From Klebsiella phage vB_KpnM_VPA32: 64,000 bases of DNA. A program made the position numbers and the translations under genes. The stretch lies in the sequence record OP558005.1; one strand, given 5' to 3'. Position 1 is the stretch's first letter, and each line of letters opens with the position of its first letter. Positions 1 through 9,199 of this stretch are shown here, piece after piece. The notes beneath the pieces were generated by a model, which saw only the letters and a list, made by a program, of their open reading frames with translations, was not told the DNA's origin and did not search any database.

Positions 1-15
1 ATGTAAACGGTTGAG

Positions 16-603
16 TTAAAGATTTAGATACCAGCCTTGATAGTTGCTCTTGCGGACCACAGACTTAAGGTCTTCATGGTCTCCAGCAAACTTTAGGGTA
101 AACTGGTAAACACTAGGCCCACTTTCTACCACATCTAATATGATAATACAGTCAGCTACTCTGTGTGTCAAGAAGGGTCCTAGGTTTATCCCTGAACCAC
201 CAGGATAATCTCCCGAGTAACCGGTTGTGACAGAAATCCACTTGGAATCCGATTGGTGAGTCTTAACTTCAACTCGTAGTCCACAGAAGCGAGGATGAGC
301 AAGAACATCCCATGCGTATGTGTAAGGGTCATCATGATTTTCTTGACCACCTGCAACGTAGCCATCCATCCAATCAGCTACTGCTTTTTCGGCTAACTGA
401 GCAATTGCGCACCGATTTATTACATCAGTTTTATCTTGGTCTGGGTCTTGACGAAGAGAATAAGCGGCAGTACTTTTGATTTTAACCCTATCTTCTGGTG
501 TTAAATCACTGAACGCCCGGTAAAAACTCTTCAGGGCTTTCAGTCTCATCAACCCTGGATTCGATTTTTTCATATTCACCTTCTTCATTTTTGAAAATAG
601 CAT
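16..603 (-). CDS. hypothetical protein downstream of rIIB (sits where T4 has denB, but not recognisable)
   Basis: 195-aa minus-strand ORF in the operon; N-terminus overlaps the next ORF, so the true start may be an internal Met. Confidence 0.45.
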   Translation of the reverse strand: MLFSKMKKVNMKKSNPGLMRLKALKSFYRAFSDLTPEDRVKIKSTAAYSLRQDPDQDKTDVINRCAIAQLAEKAVADWMDGYVAGGQENHDDPYTYAWDVLAHPRFCGLRVEVKTHQSDSKWISVTTGYSGDYPGGSGINLGPFLTHRVADCIIILDVVESGPSVYQFTLKFAGDHEDLKSVVRKSNYQGWYLNL

Positions 604-835
604 CTGTCACGTGTAAAGTGCCATAATAGATTCTGTCATTATGATTGAGTTTGCTTAAATCAAGCTCTTTCAACTCATCTTCTGGCATGATTACTACATC
701 ATCACAATACAGACAACCCGATGCTTTATTATCTCCTGCGAATAGGTCTTTACAATAAACAACACCTACATAATGATTACCATGTAAGTAACTATTTTTA
801 ATGCTTTTATCGCCAATATTCATTGGATTAATCAT
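506..835 (-). CDS. hypothetical protein
   Basis: ORF 506..916 trimmed to the Met after the rIIB terminator hairpin; GAGGAAG Shine-Dalgarno before ATG at 835. Confidence 0.4.
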   Translation of the reverse strand: MINPMNIGDKSIKNSYLHGNHYVGVVYCKDLFAGDNKASGCLYCDDVVIMPEDELKELDLSKLNHNDRIYYGTLHVTDAIFKNEEGEYEKIESRVDETESPEEFLPGVQ

Positions 836-854
836 GGCAGCTTCCTCAAAAATA

Positions 855-872
855 AAGGGCCCGAAGGCCCTT
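855..872 (-). terminator. UUCG-tetraloop hairpin terminator after rIIB
   Basis: AAGGGCC-UUCG-GGCCCUU followed by UUUAUUUUU on the minus strand. Confidence 0.6.
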
Positions 873-875
873 ACA

Positions 876-1826
876 TTAGATGTATGAATCAGTTTCTTCG
901 TTGTATTCCGCTTCACGGATTACTTTGTACTGGCAAGTACGCATTTTAGCGTTGTTGTAATCTACCGGGATAGATACTACATCACGCGGATGTACTTTAA
1001 CAACTACCAGACGGTCATTACCACCACGGAAGTGTTTGATGTAGCTACGAGCGCAAACATGCAGACCGGCTTCACATGTTAGGTTTTCGTCTTCAACCAC
1101 ATGAGTACGAGGCATTTTAACTACTCGACCAACGGAGTTATCAAACTTACCGGTATAGCAGTCAGTGTAATCGTTACGAACAACTTTCCATGCCAGGAAA
1201 TGACCATCTTCAGTGATTTCGATGTCGTTGGCTTGGAGGAAGTCAAACAGACGAGTCACTGCAGTTTTGCTTGGGTTTTCCAGCAGATTTTCCAGGAACG
1301 GCAGATAGAATTCAAAATCTTCACCATTCTGCATATCGTTGATAATGCGGTCAACCAATCCAGATTTGATTTCAATGTCCTGATAGAACAGCTGACCATT
1401 TTCAATGCGAATGTTACCATCAACATAAGAAGTGATTGCCTTCTCAATGTTAATTAGATTAATCGCTTCTTCAAATTCGCCATCAACACACAACTGAAGA
1501 GCTTGTTTGAAGTTTGGATGGTCTTTATCTGCTGCATAAGTATCACGGCCATAAGTAATAGACAGGAACTTAGAAGAACCAGCCCATACAACATCTTCTG
1601 GTCTGAATACTTTAATCGGTGAAGTTACTTCAACTTCAGGTTCAACTTCTGCTTTACGGCTTTTGATTTCATTAACAACACGACGAATAGTATCAACAGA
1701 ACAAGAGTAAATTTCTGCTAATTCAGTTTGAGTATAACCCTGCATGAATTCATCATGAATGGCTACTTTTTCTTCGTCATTAAACATTTTAACAACAGAG
1801 ACTTTCTTACTCATTTTCACTTTCAC
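876..1826 (-). CDS. rIIB: rIIB membrane-associated protein
   Basis: 316 aa; C-terminal KVHPRDVVSIPVDYNNAKMRTCQY and FEFYLPFLENLLENPS match T4 rIIB as I recall it. Confidence 0.88.
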   Translation of the reverse strand: MKVKMSKKVSVVKMFNDEEKVAIHDEFMQGYTQTELAEIYSCSVDTIRRVVNEIKSRKAEVEPEVEVTSPIKVFRPEDVVWAGSSKFLSITYGRDTYAADKDHPNFKQALQLCVDGEFEEAINLINIEKAITSYVDGNIRIENGQLFYQDIEIKSGLVDRIINDMQNGEDFEFYLPFLENLLENPSKTAVTRLFDFLQANDIEITEDGHFLAWKVVRNDYTDCYTGKFDNSVGRVVKMPRTHVVEDENLTCEAGLHVCARSYIKHFRGGNDRLVVVKVHPRDVVSIPVDYNNAKMRTCQYKVIREAEYNEETDSYI

Positions 1827-4017
1827 CTTTTAAGGAAGGAGCGCCTTCCAGCGCTCTCATAATACGGGAGATATCATCGGCATAATTAGCTACACGCCAT
1901 TCATTTAGCATATGTTCGATGACAGGATATTCTTTTTCAAACCTTTTAAATGCAGCGTCAGCCTCAGCTGTAGCAGCATCTGTGAGTTTATTGTAAATCA
2001 GATTACATAAAGCTAAATCTTCTAGAATTTGAGTTGGGCCATCTTGAGCCGATGCAATCGTAGTATTTCTCAAGTTTCTTCCAATTTCATTAATGCGAGA
2101 TACTTTAGTTCCGTTATCTTTACCAGTGATGAACTTCAACATCCATTTCAATTTAGGCGTATTGATGATGTTGCTTACAACACGACGATTAAAGAAGGAC
2201 ATTGGAAGATACTCATCTGGGTCCATATCATCAATAATCTTGATGTACTCATCTACGATGAATCGGTCTAAAGACTCAAGATTATCATTGAGTTTCGCGG
2301 CCTTAGCTGAATTCGGACGAATTACATAGAACTCTGTAATGCCAAATTCTTTTGCCATATTTCGAATAGTTTCAATATCTACACCAGACCACCACAGTTC
2401 GTCAGGGAAAGTACGAATTTCATCACGAGACCTGAAAATAGCATAACCTTCAAGTTCTGCAATATCGTCTTTGTTCATGAACAAGTCTTCAGAAGTCCAC
2501 CAACCACCTTTAGCATCGTACTTATGCAGTTGCCCGTTTGGAGACTTCGGACGAGGGCCCGCAGATTCTTTACCATCAGAGTAATACTCTTTCTCAAACT
2601 TACGATATTCGTCCATTTCAGAAGCTTTAAGAATAACAACTTCATCTTGGTCAAACAGTTTGATAATTTCATCTTTAATTTCAAGATGTTTAGGGTCTTC
2701 AGGGTCAATCATGATAAAACGCTGATATCGGTGGAAGTCTTTCAAATACATTCCACGGAACATCGCCGCACGCCGAGAAGGCTTGTCATCAATCATGATA
2801 TGAACTTTATTCTGCTGAACATTGAGCAGATTTGAAACTGATGTACGCTTTCTCGTTGACCAAGAACTCGTAAGACGCATACGCTCAGCATCCAGGTTCA
2901 CAAGATAAGTGTAAACCATTGAAGACTCAATTTTCTTCTGAAGTTCATTGATACTATAAGTTTCAACCCATTCGCCATAAGTCTTATCACCAAACATAAT
3001 GTTCTGGCGATTCAGAATAGCACGTTGGTTTGAATCAAATTGAGACAGCTGACGAACTAGCTCACGCTTATTCTCAATAGACTGAAGATGTGCAATATCA
3101 GCTTCAAGAGTAGCTTTTTCTAAGCTATTCACTCGTTTCTTGATGTTTTCAATAGTAACATCGTCTAATGAAAGCTCTTCACGAGATGGAGTGATATCAA
3201 GTTCACCAAGAGGGAAATTGATGTAAACGCATCCATAACGATTTAAAAGCCAAGAACACTCAAGACCATCAAATTTGTCGATAGGATAAACAATTTTGCC
3301 ATAAACTGCATACAGACCCTTAGCATCTTTACCAAATCCGTTGGGAGAATGGAACCATTCTACATCTTGTGGGAAAGAGTCAATATGAATGTTTGCGCCA
3401 GTAATAATTGGTTTAACTGGCATCGGACGCATTACATAAGCAATTTCATGCGCAAATTTTTCAACGTCTTCAAGACGAACAGGAACAGTAATTTCAATAC
3501 CAGTCTGCTCGCCTTCTTTCATTGGCTCAACGAACAGAGGACGAATATCAGGTTCGCCATTGTTCATCACAGCCATGTAACCGCGAGCTTCACCTTCGTA
3601 ATAAGAAACGATGGTGAAAGACTTGGTGTAGCTGAATGGAGATTTTGAACCAAGACCAAGAGCACCAATGAAGTCGTTACTTTCAGCTTTTGTTGAAGCA
3701 AAGTAGCTGTTGTACAAACCAGGCTCTTCGTCATTACCACGAATCTGGAAGTCACTCATACCCGGACCGAAGTCACGAATAATGAAACGTGGGTCTAACT
3801 TATTCGGGCATTTGATTTCGCATGGAACATCTTGCTTTCCATTCAGAATGTGAGCATCAAGCCAGTTGGTTGTAAGCTCACGAACAACAGCACGAATTTT
3901 GTTCTTATAGAGCTTATCAGACAAAATCATAAAGGCCTTGGGAGAAGCCTGAATGGTGAATTTAGTTTTCTTACCAGCAGAACCTAAAACTTCTTCATTA
4001 TCAGCAATTAATTTCAT
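1807..4017 (-). CDS. rIIA: rIIA protein
   Basis: 736 aa; N-terminal IRAVVRELTTN, LDPRFIIRDFGPGMSDF and NSYFASTKAESNDFIGALGLGSKSPFSYT match T4 rIIA (725 aa). Confidence 0.9.
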   Translation of the reverse strand: MKLIADNEEVLGSAGKKTKFTIQASPKAFMILSDKLYKNKIRAVVRELTTNWLDAHILNGKQDVPCEIKCPNKLDPRFIIRDFGPGMSDFQIRGNDEEPGLYNSYFASTKAESNDFIGALGLGSKSPFSYTKSFTIVSYYEGEARGYMAVMNNGEPDIRPLFVEPMKEGEQTGIEITVPVRLEDVEKFAHEIAYVMRPMPVKPIITGANIHIDSFPQDVEWFHSPNGFGKDAKGLYAVYGKIVYPIDKFDGLECSWLLNRYGCVYINFPLGELDITPSREELSLDDVTIENIKKRVNSLEKATLEADIAHLQSIENKRELVRQLSQFDSNQRAILNRQNIMFGDKTYGEWVETYSINELQKKIESSMVYTYLVNLDAERMRLTSSWSTRKRTSVSNLLNVQQNKVHIMIDDKPSRRAAMFRGMYLKDFHRYQRFIMIDPEDPKHLEIKDEIIKLFDQDEVVILKASEMDEYRKFEKEYYSDGKESAGPRPKSPNGQLHKYDAKGGWWTSEDLFMNKDDIAELEGYAIFRSRDEIRTFPDELWWSGVDIETIRNMAKEFGITEFYVIRPNSAKAAKLNDNLESLDRFIVDEYIKIIDDMDPDEYLPMSFFNRRVVSNIINTPKLKWMLKFITGKDNGTKVSRINEIGRNLRNTTIASAQDGPTQILEDLALCNLIYNKLTDAATAEADAAFKRFEKEYPVIEHMLNEWRVANYADDISRIMRALEGAPSLKGESENE

Positions 4018-4022
4018 ATTTC

Positions 4023-4229
4023 TCAGTCACAGTGTCGTTTTATTAGGTTAGCTACATCCAGAAGTTCTTCCGCAGTAGCCGTATCGGTGATAAAAATTTT
4101 ATTACGAATTTCTTTAAAGCGCTCTTTGAATTCTTCAGCTTCTCCAATGTCAAAGAAGCGTTGAATGATACGATACTCTTTGTAGACAGCATCGTCGAAC
4201 AGTTCAGCTGAAGGTTTGAGATTTAACAT
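4023..4229 (-). CDS. hypothetical small protein (rIIA.1 position)
   Basis: 68-aa ORF, coupled to the upstream stop. Confidence 0.45.
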   Translation of the reverse strand: MLNLKPSAELFDDAVYKEYRIIQRFFDIGEAEEFKERFKEIRNKIFITDTATAEELLDVANLIKRHCD

Positions 4230-4507
4230 TTGATAGTTCCTATTGAGTTAAGTATTTTCGCCATTTGTTTTATTGTATACTTTTCTCGGCGATTGTAAAC
4301 CACCTTCAAAGCGAACGTACGAAGGTTCATAGGAATGGTCTGGCGAGTTTCAATACAGTTGACAATATAATCTATTGCCTGTTTGAATTTAATGTGATAG
4401 GGGTCATCTGGTGAACCTCCATGCTCAACTAGATGTCGTTCTCCATTCTGTTTGATACATTCTGCTACATTTTCAAGATTTACTAAAGTGCCATCTTCTA
4501 GAATCAT
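4223..4507 (-). CDS. hypothetical protein
   Basis: 94-aa ORF preceded by terminator hairpin and GAGGTGAG Shine-Dalgarno. Confidence 0.5.
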   Translation of the reverse strand: MILEDGTLVNLENVAECIKQNGERHLVEHGGSPDDPYHIKFKQAIDYIVNCIETRQTIPMNLRTFALKVVYNRREKYTIKQMAKILNSIGTIKC

Positions 4508-4527
4508 CTGCTCACCTCATAAAAATG

Positions 4528-4547
4528 GGACTCCCGAAGGAGTCCCT
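4528..4547 (-). terminator. intrinsic terminator
   Basis: GGGACUCC-UUCG-GGAGUCCC followed by AUUUUUAU. Confidence 0.6.
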
Positions 4548-4560
4548 AATCATTACCACG

Positions 4561-4713
4561 AAGCACGAGAAACAATGCCTGTGACTTTAGTATAAGAGCC
4601 GTTGGTATGTCTTACACGGATAGTGACAGTATCACCTGGGAGTGGCAGAGCATCTCCCCACATGTAGCCGTAACTTCCATCTACTAATGTTACCCAAATC
4701 TGCGACATAATAG
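4561..4713 (-). CDS. small hypothetical protein (about 50 aa)
   Basis: Not in the ORF track (under 60 aa); strong AAGGAG Shine-Dalgarno before ATG; followed by a UUCG terminator hairpin. Confidence 0.35.
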
Positions 4714-4747
4714 CTCCTTATTGTATCGGGCAAGACGCCCGATATAT

Positions 4748-6592
4748 TTATTCGCTCATCCAAACTTTGCGTGGAGCAGCATCGTCACCCATAACCATTT
4801 CGAAGAGTTCTTTCCAGTTTTCTGGAAGAGAAACTACATCATAATGGGGTTGCTGAATTACTCGTTCATATTCATCTTCTTCAAGAGAACCTAGTCCTTT
4901 GATATAACGAAGTTTCCAACCAACGAGTTCATTCTTTTCAGCTTCGTATTCGGCGGCGGTGTAATACCACTTTTGTTGTTCGCCTTTACTCATAATGATA
5001 ACAGGAGTTTTGACGAAGCGAATTCGACCTTCTTCAAACAGACGAGGCCAATTACTAAAGAATGCCAAAAGACTTGGATAGATTGAACCTGTTCCGTCAA
5101 CATCCGCGTCAGTCATGATAGCGATGTTTTTGTAGTTCAGATTTTCATAATCTTCACCAATAGTCAGTCCAGTGATTGCACAGATATCGAAGACTTCTTT
5201 GTTCTTCATTGCTTCTGCTGCAGTCATTCCCCAAGTATTCAGGAACTTACCACGAAGTGGATAACCACCATGAAGTTTACGGTCACGAGTAGTCAGAAGA
5301 TATCCAATCGCAGAATCACCTTCTGTTAAGAACAGAGTAGTTTCTTCTTTATCATTGCCATAAAGTTCTGGCTTAATGTGTTTAGCAACCTTAGCCTTTG
5401 AAGCAGCTTTTGCAGCTTTAGTTTCAGCAGCTTTTTCTGCCGCCAATTTACGAGCCAACATAGCTTCAATAATTGGCATATGAATTGCTTCGGACTTCAT
5501 AACTTGTTGAGCAAGTTTTTTGTAGTCCAAATTCAAATGAGCTTTAACTTCACCCCACGGAGATGTCAGACGTTCTTTAGTCTGAGAATCAAATCGCATG
5601 TTGCTCATATCACGAACGAACATCACAAAAGTAAAACACTCTTTGATACGAGCCTTGTTTACTTCAAGTTTGTACTTGCGTTTGAGCATTGGGATAAGTT
5701 CATTTGACAATTCATCGACAACCAAATCAACATGAGAACCACCCTTAGAAGTATGGATGTTATTCACGTAAGTCAGTTGGCGGAAACCATCATCAGAACG
5801 ACCAATTGCAATTGAACAATTATCTTCATCAGCTACAATAGCTTCTTCATCAAATTGCTTAGCGAATTTCTTAAATCCGCCATTGACTTTTTTGCCTTGG
5901 AATTTGAATTCAATATCCGGGAATACTACCGCCAGAGTTTGAAGACGGTCTAGAACAATTGATTCATCTACTTCTGTAAGTCCTGAACTTTCGAAGTGAC
6001 TGAAGTCAGGAATGAACGATACTCGAGTTCCGGTCTTGGTTTGAATGAACTCTTTTTCCTTTGCTGGCTTACTATCCCAAGAGATATTCTCAGCCCCATT
6101 AGAGCATCGAACGATGATTTCGTTTTGTCCGTCACAAGTAGCTCCTGCAAAAGTTACAGAGAAAATATTAGTCAGTGCAGAACCGACACCATTCATACCA
6201 CCAGTTTTGCGTTCAGCATCATCGCCAAAGTTACCACCGGCGCGTGGACGAGTCCAGGCAGCTACTGGTCCAGGAATTTCATCACCTTCTGGAGTAACTA
6301 CTGGAGCTTGTGGAAGACCACGACCATTATCTGTTACGATAACTTTATTGCCTTTGAGCTCAACTGAAATTTTATTTGCAAACTTGAAGTTGGTACGAAT
6401 TGCTTCATCGACTGAGTTATCAATGATTTCGTCAATCAGCTTGATAACACCCGGAACGTAAGTTACACTTTGGAATTTACCAAACAGAAAACGTTCATGA
6501 GCTTCCATAGCTGAAGAGCCGATGTACATACCAGAGCGCTTAATGATATGCTCTCGGTCTGACAGAATTTTAATTTCGTTCTTAATCATCAT
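4748..6592 (-). CDS. 39: DNA topoisomerase II large subunit (GyrB-like ATPase), uninterrupted 39+60 fusion form
   Basis: 614 aa; MIKNEIKILSD..KRSGMYIGSS N-terminus as in T4 gp39; length covers gp39 plus gp60. Confidence 0.9.
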   Translation of the reverse strand: MMIKNEIKILSDREHIIKRSGMYIGSSAMEAHERFLFGKFQSVTYVPGVIKLIDEIIDNSVDEAIRTNFKFANKISVELKGNKVIVTDNGRGLPQAPVVTPEGDEIPGPVAAWTRPRAGGNFGDDAERKTGGMNGVGSALTNIFSVTFAGATCDGQNEIIVRCSNGAENISWDSKPAKEKEFIQTKTGTRVSFIPDFSHFESSGLTEVDESIVLDRLQTLAVVFPDIEFKFQGKKVNGGFKKFAKQFDEEAIVADEDNCSIAIGRSDDGFRQLTYVNNIHTSKGGSHVDLVVDELSNELIPMLKRKYKLEVNKARIKECFTFVMFVRDMSNMRFDSQTKERLTSPWGEVKAHLNLDYKKLAQQVMKSEAIHMPIIEAMLARKLAAEKAAETKAAKAASKAKVAKHIKPELYGNDKEETTLFLTEGDSAIGYLLTTRDRKLHGGYPLRGKFLNTWGMTAAEAMKNKEVFDICAITGLTIGEDYENLNYKNIAIMTDADVDGTGSIYPSLLAFFSNWPRLFEEGRIRFVKTPVIIMSKGEQQKWYYTAAEYEAEKNELVGWKLRYIKGLGSLEEDEYERVIQQPHYDVVSLPENWKELFEMVMGDDAAPRKVWMSE

Positions 6593-6637
6593 TTATCCTC
6601 GTTTAGGTGAACATTCTATCAACAGATTCTTAAAGCA

Positions 6638-7024
6638 TTACATCCGAGAGATTTTTTCTTCAAGTTCAGCTTTATATTGCAGTAAATGGGTTTTAGCTTC
6701 TTCACCGAAAATAGGATTATAACTTGGATTGTATGCAGCCCAGCGGGCGGAACTGTAAACCTTTTTATAGAACTTATGGCGCACTTCACGAAAATTCGTA
6801 TATGCGTATATATCAACACCATAATATGCTTCGCACTCATAGCTTCCATCTTCATTTTGATGAACATGCTCATGACGAATCTCATAGTACTTTTCAAGCC
6901 AAATATAGCTTCCATCGACTATACGGGTAGGCCATAAAGCAAACTTCCTGCGCCCAAGCGCATTGTTCACAATTTTGAGTTGCTTGAGCAAATTTTTATG
7001 CTCTACAGTTAAACCGAATCTCAT
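6638..7024 (-). CDS. hypothetical protein
   Basis: 128-aa ORF with AGGAGAA Shine-Dalgarno; downstream of terminator plus promoter module. Confidence 0.5.
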   Translation of the reverse strand: MRFGLTVEHKNLLKQLKIVNNALGRRKFALWPTRIVDGSYIWLEKYYEIRHEHVHQNEDGSYECEAYYGVDIYAYTNFREVRHKFYKKVYSSARWAAYNPSYNPIFGEEAKTHLLQYKAELEEKISRM

Positions 7025-7047
7025 ACTGTTCTCCTCTTTGTAGAGCT

Positions 7048-7078
7048 ATTTTATCATACTTTGTAGAGAAAGTAAACA
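7048..7078 (-). promoter_or_regulatory. possible early promoter (weak -10)
   Basis: GTTTAC 7073-7078 immediately after the terminator hairpin; only TAAAAT/TATGAT at non-ideal spacing. Confidence 0.3.
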
Positions 7079-7080
7079 AC

Positions 7081-7100
7081 AAAGGGCCCGAAGGCCCTTT
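7081..7100 (-). terminator. UUCG-tetraloop hairpin terminator
   Basis: Identical GGGCC-UUCG-GGCCC followed by UUUGUUGUUU. Confidence 0.6.
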
Positions 7101-7102
7101 CA

Positions 7103-8638
7103 TTATACTTTACCTTGCAGAACGTTAGTGAACTGCGAACCACGCCAGAAGTAGCCTTGGTCATTCGGGTGAACGTTATCGCTTGAGGTATACAGATTTG
7201 CGTTCTCTGCAGTAACCCAACCTTTAACATCTACGAACTCTAAGTCTAACTCAGTAGTAAGTTCAATCAGTGCGTCACGAACCGCTGCGATTTGGTCAGT
7301 CATTCCAAGAGGAGTTGCTGGTCCAAATACGATAATTTTAGCTTGTGGCTGATATTGCTTAATCAGAGCAATAGACTCTCTGAAGTTAGTTTTAAGCAAA
7401 TCAATTCTACCAGCCGGAGCGTCATTATAGCCTAAAGCTAAAGTAATGATATCCGGAGTAAAACTCAGAGTTGCAAGCTTAGCTGTGATACGAGCTTGAG
7501 GCTGAGTTGAGTTTGTTGAAGTCCAACCAGAACCACCGATGCCATCAGCTAATCCAACTAAACCAAGCTTATCACAATAGAAACGGAAGTCGTTAAACGA
7601 CGCCTGAGTTGCCATTGTACCGAAGGTGTAAGAGTCACCAAGCTGCCAAATCATCTTAGCAGGACGAGTAATTGCTGTGATAGTTTTTCCAGTATCGATA
7701 TAAATTCCACCAAAAGCAGTATTCACACCAACCAGAGAATATTCACGCATTTGCTCAACTCCATTCCAATCGATGCTATAGATGTAAACTGCACCAGAAG
7801 AATCGGTAGTGACTGAAGTAGCAGAAATACGTTGTCCATCTACATAAAGGTCATACTTAGAGTTGTTGGCGGCGAGTTTGAAATCAATCTTGCTTGAATC
7901 AGTTTTGAAATTAACTCGGCATTGAGTTCCGTTGCCAGTACCATTTCCTCTGAAGCCTGCAACCGCGTCTTTGATATCAGAACCCCAATAAGTTATTTTG
8001 GAATCTGTGCGAGCAATTGTTACACCAGCATAAATTGTTGAAGCTACGCCTGCGTTAGTTGTTACTGTGAATTTAGCACCTGTACCAGTTCCGCCTGTTG
8101 CTGAAATTTCACCGACAGGAGCAGTTGCGTACACACCAGGTTTGCGAATTTGAGCTGTTGTAATTTCACCATTACTACCAACAGCAGTTACTCGAATCTG
8201 TCCAGGAACATCTCCTTCTGCTCCGGGGATATCAACAATATCCCCGAACACATACCCAGTACCACCAGAAACTATAGTAGCAGTTCCAGATAATCCAACG
8301 CCTTTAAGCAATTTTTGAGTAGGCGGATTTGACATCACAGCAACAGGTTGAAGCATTGGTCCCAGCGGTGGCTGAGGGTCTGGACCATCTACAGTATATT
8401 CGCTTAATGTGTATTGATAGCCATTTTTAGATTCAATGAAATTAACTTCACCGTAATCTACATAAGCTTGTTTGAGAGTATCAATTTGAAGTGCATATTG
8501 AGGGTCAGCGTATTCACGCCAGTCTTTACCTTCTTCCTTGGCTTTAATAAGGATGTTATGAATCCACCAAGGAAGGTAAAGAAAACTTGTATTACGCCAC
8601 GGAATAGGATGTACCGTGGTCCAAATATCTATAGCCAT
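7103..8638 (-). CDS. multidomain protein with C-terminal SGNH/GDSL hydrolase (esterase/lipase-like) domain
   Basis: 511 aa; GDSYTFG (block I), GYNDA, DNVHPNDQG (block V DxxH); Gly/Thr-rich beta-repeat middle region. Confidence 0.7.
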   Translation of the reverse strand: MAIDIWTTVHPIPWRNTSFLYLPWWIHNILIKAKEEGKDWREYADPQYALQIDTLKQAYVDYGEVNFIESKNGYQYTLSEYTVDGPDPQPPLGPMLQPVAVMSNPPTQKLLKGVGLSGTATIVSGGTGYVFGDIVDIPGAEGDVPGQIRVTAVGSNGEITTAQIRKPGVYATAPVGEISATGGTGTGAKFTVTTNAGVASTIYAGVTIARTDSKITYWGSDIKDAVAGFRGNGTGNGTQCRVNFKTDSSKIDFKLAANNSKYDLYVDGQRISATSVTTDSSGAVYIYSIDWNGVEQMREYSLVGVNTAFGGIYIDTGKTITAITRPAKMIWQLGDSYTFGTMATQASFNDFRFYCDKLGLVGLADGIGGSGWTSTNSTQPQARITAKLATLSFTPDIITLALGYNDAPAGRIDLLKTNFRESIALIKQYQPQAKIIVFGPATPLGMTDQIAAVRDALIELTTELDLEFVDVKGWVTAENANLYTSSDNVHPNDQGYFWRGSQFTNVLQGKV

Positions 8639-8670
8639 AATGTTCTCCTTATAGTCTATAGATATTTATT

Positions 8671-8931
8671 TTATTCAAACCTGATAGTAGAGTTCTTAAA
8701 GAACATACCAGAGCAAACAGCACCCTTGACAGGAATACCCGTAGGACCTTTAGCAGTGAAACCTGTAGAGAAAGCATCTTTATCACAACTCAACCATGCG
8801 TAACCTGTGAATTCAATTTCGCTAAATCCATTAGCTTTAAGAATACGCTCTGCGCCTGTTTCATCTGTGCAACTAGACAGAATACCAATAGATAGAATAG
8901 CTGCAATCAAACCCATTACAAACACTTTCAT
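8671..8931 (-). CDS. small lipoprotein
   Basis: Signal peptide with lipobox ILSSC at residues 17-21. Confidence 0.55.
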   Translation of the reverse strand: MKVFVMGLIAAILSIGILSSCTDETGAERILKANGFSEIEFTGYAWLSCDKDAFSTGFTAKGPTGIPVKGAVCSGMFFKNSTIRFE

Positions 8932-9023
8932 TTCTTGGTTACCTTAATAATTTTGCCGCTATGAAGTTTAATAACCCGGCTTTCGCCGGATTTCATGAAT
9001 TTAATGCGTGGACGCATACCCAT

Positions 9024-9199
9024 TAATAATCACCGCTTTTAAGACCATCATAATGAACTGCTGGAGCTGAAACTACTCGTTTCATTTCGCCTTCGCAATT
9101 CAAGAATTTACATGGTTGCGAATTATCACGCTCAGAAATTTTAACGTTCTTTTCTGATTTTTCGCCGCAAGCTTCACACTGATAATCATACAATGGCAT
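9024..9199 (-). CDS. FmdB-family zinc-ribbon protein (about 58 aa)
   Basis: MPLYDYQCEACGE...C..C pattern; GGAGG Shine-Dalgarno; under 60 aa, so absent from the ORF track. Confidence 0.45.

Noticed and set aside
1101-1457. All plus-strand ORFs in the track (e.g. 1101..1457, 2029..2329, 5996..6461, 8414..8803, 24578..24907, 26071..26409, 34451..34798, 42079..42524, 54420..54886, 60721..60993)
   Set aside because: Each lies antisense inside a confidently assigned minus-strand gene. The whole window is one transcription direction, as in the T4 early region, and no promoter or Shine-Dalgarno context supports them.
4255-4290. GTTTAC, 17 nt, TACAAT inside ORF 4223..4507
   Set aside because: Good match, but internal to a gene; possibly a real internal early promoter for 4023..4229, left uncalled.
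6619-6915. Overlapping alternative ORFs 6619..6915, 56480..56701, 56985..57167, 57502..57708, 57800..58039, 61462..61644, 63126..63344
   Set aside because: Each overlaps a longer ORF in the same region that has better start context; treated as frame artefacts.
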